This document shows, in pieces, positions 26,336-33,175 of a stretch of DNA of 33,175 bases. Origin of the DNA: a virus (lineage: Duplodnaviria > Caudoviricetes); IMG/VR virus record IMGVR_UViG_3300027746_000059, positions 1 to 33,175 of that record, one strand, 5' to 3'. Numbering within the stretch: position 1 is the stretch's first letter; the number at the start of each line of letters is the position of its first letter. The notes under the pieces were generated by a model that was not told where the DNA came from, did no database searches, and saw only the letters and a list, made by a program, of their open reading frames with translations. The translations under genes and the position numbers were made by a program.

Positions 26336-27320
26336 TGTTTGCTCCTTTATTTGGCATTTCACTAATAAGCTCATCTATAGTTTTAGCTACTTCAACCGCT
26401 TTAGTCTTAAATTCCTTAGCTTTAGAATCAAAACCAAATCCCAACTCTTCAACCTTAGCCTTCAAAAAACTAGCTTCCATTTGATAGCTGGACCAAAGTT
26501 TATCGTGTTTTTGGTAAAGTGATGAGTAGTAAAGATTTAACTCTTCCAAAGTTTTAATATTGCCAATCTTTTTTTTGAGTTCCTCAATTAGAGTGTCATA
26601 TTCTACCGATAACTTTTCATCTTCTTTTAGTTTTTCTTGATAAGCATCAAAAATAGCTTCCGATAAAAAGTTGTTAATTCCTGCAAGAGGTTTATATTCT
26701 AAAAATGAATTTAATCCCAATGAGTTTTTAGCATAATAAGCCTCGTTTGGTGCTAAATCTATTGTTCTTTTGCCACCTTTCATTGACATATAGCCCATAA
26801 AGTCTAATTCTTTCACAATGTCTTTCCCACTTGATCCCGCAACATCTGGTCGCTTCATTACTTCATCGCCTGTTTTTTCTTCTTTTTCGTGAGAAACAAA
26901 AATTACTGACTTATTTTTGCTTTCAAGAAGTTTTAAAAGTCTTTGAAATTCACCCTTAACATTTCCCCAGCCTTTTTGAGATAATTGACCATCCCCCTGC
27001 TTGACTTTTGGATTAGAATCTGCTAACCAATCCGCAATTCTATCAATTACCTTGCCAAGCGTATCAATCACGATTGTTTCATAACCAGAAATATCTTCTT
27101 TAGTTAAAATGTCTAACAAGTTTTGGTAGCTCTCAACTTGAACGCTGTCAGTCTGATATTGCTTTGCAACTCTTCTTAAACCATTATCAAAATCAATTAA
27201 AAGTGGCTTAGGTGCAGATAGAGCTAAACTGGTTTTTCCAGTGCCTGGCTGTCCATAAATCAAGCCTTTTAATTTAATTTTAGATTGCGTTAGTTCGTTT
27301 GGTTTTTTAATTAATGTCAT
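26328..27320 (-). CDS. AAA_24 ATPase, Sak4-like phage recombinase / ssDNA-annealing protein
   Basis: Walker A YGQPGTGKT, LLIDFDNG, Walker B IVIDT, FVSH, D.MGY and AKN motifs. Confidence 0.88.
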   Translation of the reverse strand: MTLIKKPNELTQSKIKLKGLIYGQPGTGKTSLALSAPKPLLIDFDNGLRRVAKQYQTDSVQVESYQNLLDILTKEDISGYETIVIDTLGKVIDRIADWLADSNPKVKQGDGQLSQKGWGNVKGEFQRLLKLLESKNKSVIFVSHEKEEKTGDEVMKRPDVAGSSGKDIVKELDFMGYMSMKGGKRTIDLAPNEAYYAKNSLGLNSFLEYKPLAGINNFLSEAIFDAYQEKLKEDEKLSVEYDTLIEELKKKIGNIKTLEELNLYYSSLYQKHDKLWSSYQMEASFLKAKVEELGFGFDSKAKEFKTKAVEVAKTIDELISEMPNKGANNG

Positions 27321-27325
27321 AGTTT

Positions 27326-27424
27326 TTAATTGTTATTGTTAATAAAATTAGGGTCGTTAATAATTTCCTCTTCTGATGCTACCATTTCGTAGTAGTATCT
27401 TTGCCAATCAAATTCCTCATCCAT
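27326..27424 (-). CDS. 32-aa acidic micro-ORF (not in ORF track)
   Basis: MDEEFDWQRYYYEMVASEEEIINDPNFINNNN fills the gap exactly. Confidence 0.5.
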   Translation of the reverse strand: MDEEFDWQRYYYEMVASEEEIINDPNFINNNN

Positions 27425-27428
27425 AATT

Positions 27429-27722
27429 TTATTTATTATTGGATTGTTCTTGTGAAATAGTTTCAAGTTTAGTTGCTATAGCTTCAATCACTTCAGTTGT
27501 TCCCTTTTTGTCCAACCTCTCTTTTTGTTGCTCTTTTAATGCACCACAATGCAACTCATCGTTTGAGCCTATAAAAGCATCGCTATAAGATACGTGAGAT
27601 AAGTTGTATTTCGGATGCGATTGTTTAAGGTTCTTGCAACTTGTATCTTTCAGATTTTGAATATTTCTAATACGATCCTCTTCTGCCTGCAAATTGTTTG
27701 AAATGGTAAATTTATTTTTCAT
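27429..27722 (-). CDS. Hypothetical protein
   Basis: ORF in early operon. Confidence 0.55.
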   Translation of the reverse strand: MKNKFTISNNLQAEEDRIRNIQNLKDTSCKNLKQSHPKYNLSHVSYSDAFIGSNDELHCGALKEQQKERLDKKGTTEVIEAIATKLETISQEQSNNK

Positions 27723-27747
27723 TTGTTGGGTTGGTTGATTAATTCTT

Positions 27748-28044
27748 TTAAATTAAATTTTCGTAATAATCTTCTATTAAATCGGATTTGTCATTTTCCA
27801 ATAAATCTTGCTTTGCCTGAGCAATCAAATCTTCCAACTCTTCATTGTTGTTAAAATTCTCTATATCATCATCTGCATAGCACAAAGATTCTATTCCCAA
27901 AAACTGTGGTGCATCAATTGCAGAATAAAAATCAACAATCTCATCTTTCAACTTATGAAGATTATTCGCTTCAAATACTCCGCCATTTATTAAATGTGCA
28001 ACAACAAATTGTTCGCTTTTGTCCATTTTAAAATTATTCAACAT
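27748..28044 (-). CDS. Highly acidic hypothetical early protein
   Basis: D/E-rich 98-aa ORF. Confidence 0.55.
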   Translation of the reverse strand: MLNNFKMDKSEQFVVAHLINGGVFEANNLHKLKDEIVDFYSAIDAPQFLGIESLCYADDDIENFNNNEELEDLIAQAKQDLLENDKSDLIEDYYENLI

Positions 28045-28192
28045 AATCGTTAATATTTATGGGGATTCTTAGGATTAACAAATTAATCTCGTTATTCATT
28101 TGTTCAATTAAACCTTTATTGAGGGCAGGATACTCATACAGTTCATTTCGTATAGTTATTAACTTTTGTAAGAGTTCTAAAAATTGATTCAT
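28034..28192 (-). CDS. 52-aa hypothetical protein (not in ORF track)
   Basis: MNQFLELLQKLITIRNELYEYP...; fills the gap and overlaps the next start. Confidence 0.5.
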   Translation of the reverse strand: MNQFLELLQKLITIRNELYEYPALNKGLIEQMNNEINLLILRIPININDYVE

Positions 28193-28195
28193 AAT

Positions 28196-28444
28196 TTAAA
28201 ATTGAATTGAGATTGCTATAAAAAATAATGCTGACAAAACAACCAATAATATTGTTTTAATTAAATTTTTTAATTTAAAGTTGCGATTTCTCATCCTAAA
28301 TTTTGTTGTTGATTGAAAGTTGCAATTATTTTTTAAAAAATAAATTTCTTGGCAATCATCAGAAATGATTATTTGTTTACCTGTAATAAAGTTTTTTATC
28401 CATATCCACATTTTATTGATTATAGAATGTGATTGCATCTTCAA
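28196..28444 (-). CDS. Small protein with C-terminal TM segment
   Basis: ILLVVLSALFFIAISIQF; start uncertain. Confidence 0.45.
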   Translation of the reverse strand: MKMQSHSIINKMWIWIKNFITGKQIIISDDCQEIYFLKNNCNFQSTTKFRMRNRNFKLKNLIKTILLVVLSALFFIAISIQF

Positions 28445-28796
28445 TATTTTTAATAGAATTAACCATAATTTCTAGCTTTCCCTTGTTTCCGCCCTGTAAG
28501 ATGACTGAAAATTCTTGCACCAATTTAGAGCCTAATTTAAAAAGTTAATTTCAAATTGTTAAAAACCATTTTTGCACCAATTAAAAGTAAAGTCAATAGC
28601 AAATATCAATTATTTTTCAAATAGTCTTCTAAGCCTACGGACTGTAGCAAACTATTTTTAATAAGATTAAATTCTAATTAAAATTTAGTAGTAAATTAAT
28701 AGAAAAATCCAGTGATTTATTGTCACACTTGACTTTATATTAAATATCAACTAATTTTAATATTTAATTTATTTATTAAATAACCAATATTCAAAT
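28445..28796. promoter_or_regulatory. Divergent early control region
   Basis: Gene orientation switches here. TTGACT -35 boxes on both strands (28591-28596 minus; 28729-28734 plus with TAATTT at 17 nt). Direct repeat ttgcaccaatt at 28515 and 28572. Confidence 0.6.
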
Positions 28797-29051
28797 ATGC
28801 TTAGAATTCCACTACCAAAAAAAGAAAAAATACAAGAATCAATCAACAACCAGAACTTGACCATCACAGATATTTGCAAGAAGTTGGATATGTCATATCC
28901 CACATTCCGAAAAATTTGCAAACAACTGAAGCTAGTCTCTCGCAGTGAGATGAAGATGAGGGCTGTGAAGTTTATTGTAAAACAAAAGAAGTGTGGGGGT
29001 TGTCAGCACCCTTTTGATGTTTGCATTTGTGGTGGGATTGCTCACGGATAA
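28797..29051 (+). CDS. HTH-like protein with C-terminal Cys cluster
   Basis: TITDICKKLDMSYPTFRKIC; CGGC...CIC. Confidence 0.6.
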   Translation: MLRIPLPKKEKIQESINNQNLTITDICKKLDMSYPTFRKICKQLKLVSRSEMKMRAVKFIVKQKKCGGCQHPFDVCICGGIAHG

Positions 29052-29054
29052 TTT

Positions 29055-29225
29055 ATGACAAACAAAATACAAATCAAAACCGTTTCACAAGCAATAGAAC
29101 TGCTTAAAAAAGCAAAACAAGAATATCGTGAACTTAAAAAAGATCGTGATTATTGGAGAAGCATTGTGCAGGAATCGAATAGTAAAAAGATGCCTTTTGA
29201 TAAATTATTTAAGAGTTTTAAATGA
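29055..29225 (+). CDS. 56-aa coiled-coil protein (not in ORF track)
   Basis: MTNKIQIKTVSQAIELLKKAKQEYRELKKDRDYWRS... Confidence 0.55.
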   Translation: MTNKIQIKTVSQAIELLKKAKQEYRELKKDRDYWRSIVQESNSKKMPFDKLFKSFK

Positions 29226-29271
29226 TTTCTGATTGACTATTAAAACACCAGATATAATATACTTTTAACTT

Positions 29272-29347
29272 GTGCGGGAAGTTCTAATCAAATTATGGGG
29301 TATAGCCCGCACGCTGTATCCCGCCAAATTCAAACCGTGCGGCTATG
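29272..29347 (+). promoter_or_regulatory. Leader RNA with pseudoknot / alternative pairing over the start codon
   Basis: Hairpin 29297-29322 with loop ccgcac complementary to gtgcgg at 29272 and at 29337. Confidence 0.55.
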
Positions 29348-29644
29348 ACAAACGAAGAATTACAATCAATATTAGATAAGAAACTGGAAGAGGCGGGGCG
29401 GTTTTGCTCTGGTGCGGCAATCTCTTTTGCACAATATTCATTAAAGAATTATTCAGATGAAGATTGGAAAGATTATGAGCGAGACACTGGCAATAAAAGA
29501 CCTTACCTAGTGCCTGCCCCAAAAAATGGTTTAGAAGCTATGATTGACCAAGCAACTGGATTAAAAGAAGATCAAGACCGCAATGTTCTTAATTTTCTAA
29601 TTTATTTCATTGATGGGTTTATGGAGGGTTTAGAAGATGAGTAA
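29345..29644 (+). CDS. Hypothetical protein
   Basis: 99-aa ORF with LEAMIDQATG motif. Confidence 0.6.
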   Translation: MTNEELQSILDKKLEEAGRFCSGAAISFAQYSLKNYSDEDWKDYERDTGNKRPYLVPAPKNGLEAMIDQATGLKEDQDRNVLNFLIYFIDGFMEGLEDE

Positions 29645-29690
29645 TTCAACCAAAAAAAATATCTTTACTATTAACTATTAACTGCTTAAA

Positions 29691-29897
29691 ATGCTTCAAG
29701 ATTTAACAAAAGAAATATTGCAGGATCTTTATTTTAAAATGACAAATAAAGAGCTTTGCAAGCATTTAAAAATAACACAACCAACTCTTAGCAAATATCT
29801 TGACTTTCACAATATACAAAGAAAGCAAAGATTTTTAAGCGGTGCTGGTGTAAAGAAGTTTAATTTAATAGAAAATGATAAAAATTCTAATCAATAA
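29691..29897 (+). CDS. HTH DNA-binding protein
   Basis: LTKEILQDLY..MTNKELCKHLKITQPTLSKYL. Confidence 0.65.
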   Translation: MLQDLTKEILQDLYFKMTNKELCKHLKITQPTLSKYLDFHNIQRKQRFLSGAGVKKFNLIENDKNSNQ

Positions 29898-29917
29898 AAT
29901 CAACACTCTAAATGCAA

Positions 29918-30020
29918 TAGCATATCCTTTTGCATATCCTTTTGGATACTGTTTTGCATATGCTATACATTGTTTTATTTGTATTATGTTTAATTGTTTA
30001 ATCTGTTTTAAGTTTTATAA
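29918..30020. repeat. Candidate replication origin: four 12-nt iterons plus AT-rich tgttt repeats
   Basis: gcatatcctttt x2, ggatactgtttt, gcatatgctata (29920-29967), then an AT-rich tract; directly upstream of the initiator gene. Confidence 0.55.
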
Positions 30021-30028
30021 AAATAATA

Positions 30029-30739
30029 ATGAAAGATAAAATTTATTATTTTACAGAAAAATCAAATGACATTTTGGATTTGCAGGATGAATTGACTATT
30101 GAAGAGATTGGAATGTATTTTATTTTGAAAGCCGCTTATTTTAAAAATTTTGGCGAATTGACAGAAAATAATTTGGTGCAAAGATGTAGATTCTTTGGAG
30201 ATAAAGAAAAACTAATACAACTGGCTAGAAAGCTATTTGAATTTAAGGAAGGTTGCTTGATAAATAATTCTTGGCTTTCACAAATAAAAGGAATTAAAGA
30301 AAAATCAAATAAACGAAAAGAGGCGGCGAATGCAAGATGGCAAAAAGGGAAAGAGGCAGAAGATGACAAACCTAAAAAAACCCAAGACAAACCTAAAAAA
30401 CCTAATGGGTTATCAGAAAATAAAGAGAATTTAGAATTACAATTTGAGGAATTTTGGAAACTCTATAAGGCAATCCACACAGGCAAAGGAAGCAAAGAAA
30501 AATCAAAAGCATTATTTTTTAAGGCTATCAAAAAAGACACTTTGGAAAACATAGCTAAAGGATTGGAAAGTTATATGAAGCATTGCTGGAGCAAAAACGC
30601 TTACACAAAATCAGTTGAGGTTTGGTTAAAAAATGAAGGCTGGAAAGATGAATACGAAGGAATTGCAGAGCCAGCTAGAGGCAAAGTTGCAGAATTACGT
30701 AATGTTTTTCAAGAATTTTTAGATCAAGACAATGAATAA
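30029..30739 (+). CDS. Phage replication initiator, DUF1376/YdaU-like
   Basis: LTIEEIGMY..L, KRKEAANARW, repeat linker, FEEFWKLY...K..A...WLKNEGWKDE. Confidence 0.8.
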   Translation: MKDKIYYFTEKSNDILDLQDELTIEEIGMYFILKAAYFKNFGELTENNLVQRCRFFGDKEKLIQLARKLFEFKEGCLINNSWLSQIKGIKEKSNKRKEAANARWQKGKEAEDDKPKKTQDKPKKPNGLSENKENLELQFEEFWKLYKAIHTGKGSKEKSKALFFKAIKKDTLENIAKGLESYMKHCWSKNAYTKSVEVWLKNEGWKDEYEGIAEPARGKVAELRNVFQEFLDQDNE

Positions 30740-31337
30740 AGAAAAATTTATCACTAAAATTAACTTCATTTTTGAAGACAAGAACATTGAGAAGCCAAGC
30801 ATTGAATGGATTGGTGCACTTTATGAGAAGTGCAAAAACATTGATGATAAAAGATTTGGCGAGGGAATAGACAAATTAATTTCAATTCCTCAAGAGCGAT
30901 GGAATGAGATTTATGGATTTAGGGGAAGATCAAGTATTATTGATTTAGTGGAAATTTTAGGTGGCGAAAGACCATTAAGCGACCACGAAAAACTAGAAGC
31001 CAACAGAAAGCACGATGAGATGATAAGAATTTGGATTGGCACAATTATTGTTTGGATTAACGACCAAAATTTGGATAGGCTTTTTAAAAGTAAATATTGC
31101 AATTCTCAAAACCATCAAATAATCAATTTGATTGATAAATATGCAAAGAAAGCCAACAGCGATGAGGAAGTTTTAAAGCTAGGCAGATGGCTAAAAAGCA
31201 GATACGATGCAGACAAGATTGCATTTAAAGCGAAATTAAAAGGAATTGCAGAACAATATAACCCTATGCCTTTTGTGATTGAAGATAAGCCACCACAATC
31301 AAATATTATGCAATTACCAACCTTAAAACGAATGTGA
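30732..31337 (+). CDS. Replication-associated protein (possible helicase loader)
   Basis: Position immediately after the initiator; W...L..IDDKRF..GI N-terminal pattern. Confidence 0.45.
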   Translation: MNKEKFITKINFIFEDKNIEKPSIEWIGALYEKCKNIDDKRFGEGIDKLISIPQERWNEIYGFRGRSSIIDLVEILGGERPLSDHEKLEANRKHDEMIRIWIGTIIVWINDQNLDRLFKSKYCNSQNHQIINLIDKYAKKANSDEEVLKLGRWLKSRYDADKIAFKAKLKGIAEQYNPMPFVIEDKPPQSNIMQLPTLKRM

Positions 31338-31338
31338 T

Positions 31339-32400
31339 ATGGAATTACAACAAATTCAACAAGAATTAGAGCAAAATATTTTTTCAAAAACCACAGCAAA
31401 TGTGGTGATAGCTGGCGGATTTATTCTAAATAAATTATTAAAGCAGACACCTAACGATATTGATTTTTTCTTTTTGGAAGCCAAAGATTTTACACAATTT
31501 TACGAAGATTTAAAAAGTAAATTTAATTTTGTTAAAGACTTTGAGACAAACAGACTGTTGAGAGGTTCAATAAGTTATGGCGATGGTAGAATCAATTGCG
31601 ACTTGGTAAAAAGATTTTACGACACAGAGCAAAATATAATTAATAATTTTGATTTTACTATTTCTTGTTTTGCAATTTCAAAAGATAAAATTGCTATTGG
31701 CGACTCTTCGCCTGAAGATGTTAAAAATAAAAAATTAAGGATTAACAAATTATCATATCCAGTTGGATCATTGAGAAGATTTTATAAATTTTCAAAAAGA
31801 GGTTTTGTGGGTGATGTTGAAAATGAGATTTTAGAAGAGATAAAAAAAGACTTAAGCAATGAAGAATATTACAATGGTGTAGATAGTGAGGTTGTTAAGA
31901 ATCATCTCTCAAGAGATATTTTTTATAGCGAAAAAAGAATAAAAGACTTTTTGGGTAAAGACTTTTTTGAAGATCATAAACACCTTGCGACTGAAAAGAA
32001 TTGTAGAAATGCTTTTAAGGAGTGCTTTGAAATATCACCAGAAAACTTTTATGGTCAAAAAGTAGTAAGTTATGAGGATGACAATAGATGGCTTGTAGAA
32101 GTTTCGTTGGTGGCTTTTGGGTTTTGCTATATGTGTAGTGGCAGCGGTGTTGCATATATTCCTTGCTGCTCACACAAGGCGTGCCCTTGCTCAAAAAACA
32201 AACAAATAATGAATATACAATGCGATTGTTATTTGGGAAGTTATGGAGCGGGAATAAGTGAAAGATTGCAATCAAAAATCATTAGTAGAGCAGAAGATAA
32301 TATGAGAGTTGTAGATAAATACGAAAAAGAAAAATCAGAAAGATATAAAAAAGAATGTTGGGATGGTGATAGCCCTGCTCTTTTTATTAAAAGAAATTAA
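31339..32400 (+). CDS. Nucleotidyltransferase (CCA/poly(A) polymerase head-like) fused to a Cys-rich domain
   Basis: VIAGGFI...PNDIDFF, CDLV and FDFTIS motifs; C-terminal CYMCSGSG...PCCSHKACPC...CDC. Confidence 0.78.
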   Translation: MELQQIQQELEQNIFSKTTANVVIAGGFILNKLLKQTPNDIDFFFLEAKDFTQFYEDLKSKFNFVKDFETNRLLRGSISYGDGRINCDLVKRFYDTEQNIINNFDFTISCFAISKDKIAIGDSSPEDVKNKKLRINKLSYPVGSLRRFYKFSKRGFVGDVENEILEEIKKDLSNEEYYNGVDSEVVKNHLSRDIFYSEKRIKDFLGKDFFEDHKHLATEKNCRNAFKECFEISPENFYGQKVVSYEDDNRWLVEVSLVAFGFCYMCSGSGVAYIPCCSHKACPCSKNKQIMNIQCDCYLGSYGAGISERLQSKIISRAEDNMRVVDKYEKEKSERYKKECWDGDSPALFIKRN

Positions 32401-32422
32401 CGATAACAGAAAATAATATACT

Positions 32423-32572
32423 ATGAGAATAATCATAATATTGCTTTGTTTAATTTCAACATCAGTAGGCTCTAAAGATGGTGTGAAATTAGGTAAAATG
32501 TTTGAGGTGAGCCAATTTATAGGAATAGTAACAACAACTTTTGGCGTCAATGAGAAAACTAGCACCTTTTAA
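32423..32572 (+). CDS. 49-aa small membrane/secreted peptide (not in ORF track)
   Basis: MRIIIILLCLISTSVG... hydrophobic start. Confidence 0.35.
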   Translation: MRIIIILLCLISTSVGSKDGVKLGKMFEVSQFIGIVTTTFGVNEKTSTF

Positions 32573-32753
32573 GCGTGGACACAAAGGAACGACATATATT
32601 GTTAAGAATAGGTGCGTTGGTGAATGTGATAGAATTAAGGAACTGGTGCAGAAGTTAATTGATGATAGTGATCAAATATCCGCTCCCTACAAAGCTAAAG
32701 AGCGGATATTTAGAGATTTAAACAATTTAGAGAGTTTTTTCAAGCCTCACTAG
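32550..32753 (+). CDS. Hypothetical protein
   Basis: ATG at 32550; converges with the next gene. Confidence 0.4.
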   Translation: MRKLAPFKRGHKGTTYIVKNRCVGECDRIKELVQKLIDDSDQISAPYKAKERIFRDLNNLESFFKPH

Positions 32754-33046
32754 TTGCCAAGTGATTTAGATAATTCCAATGCATTTTTAATAATTAAGTC
32801 TTCGTAACCAATTTTCTTTGAGAGCGTCTTTAAAAAGTTTTTAAACTGTTTTTCTTGAGTGTCCGTCAATAAGATTTTGACAATTTTATTACCTTCCATT
32901 ACAAATTCCAGCATAATTAATTTGCCAATTTTAGTCTTTGAAAATCCCAAAAACATTTTAAAGACAAGTTCTTTTGCTAAAGTGTGAAAAGTGATTAGCT
33001 CGCCATCGCATAAAGCCATTAGTTGATTATCGTTTTGTGTTTTCAT
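32750..33046 (-). CDS. Hypothetical protein
   Basis: 98-aa ORF converging on the replication operon. Confidence 0.55.
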   Translation of the reverse strand: MKTQNDNQLMALCDGELITFHTLAKELVFKMFLGFSKTKIGKLIMLEFVMEGNKIVKILLTDTQEKQFKNFLKTLSKKIGYEDLIIKNALELSKSLGN

Positions 33047-33175
33047 AGTTTTAGTTTTTAAGATTAAGAAAAGGTTTGGTCGTCCAGTCCGTGCTAAAAT
33101 TGTCGTTAAAGGTTTTTACTTCTGCAAGATTCTTAAAGGTAAATTGTTTTTTAGAAGGGTCTTTTTTGTAGTAAA

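Noticed and set aside
1-33175. Alternative genetic code / stop-codon recoding
   Set aside because: Recognisable genes are full length in the standard code and end in TAA, TAG or TGA with tight packing.

Overview
AT-rich fragment of a tailed dsDNA phage or prophage with a contractile-tail (Mu/P2-like baseplate) architecture. The host is Gram-negative (spanins, outer-membrane barrel) and probably alphaproteobacterial, inferred from a GapR-like gene. From left to right: (+) baseplate J and gp48-like proteins, two tail-fibre modules, an accessory membrane/peptidase/OMP block, a lysis cassette (holin, nested spanins, M15 endolysin) and a secreted thermonuclease. Next is a long (-) early operon of about 16 kb with two orphan DNA methyltransferases, RuvC-like, SSB-like, GapR-like, YopX, repeat proteins, a Ref/DUF968-like nuclease, a PD-(D/E)XK exonuclease and a Sak4-like ATPase. 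A divergent control region follows, then (+) replication genes (iterons, DUF1376 initiator) and a CCA/poly(A)-polymerase-like nucleotidyltransferase fused to a Cys-rich domain. The most unusual content is non-coding: an island of about 750 nt of structured RNA elements at 20.5-21.3 kb. It holds two different folded cargoes closed by the same 23-bp stem and a tRNA mimic whose anticodon arm is replaced by a T-loop hairpin. Further structured elements lie at 11.2-11.4 kb and 19.45-19.55 kb, and a pseudoknot/start-codon switch lies at 29.3 kb. All protein calls come from motif recognition by eye; no database searches or folding programs were run.
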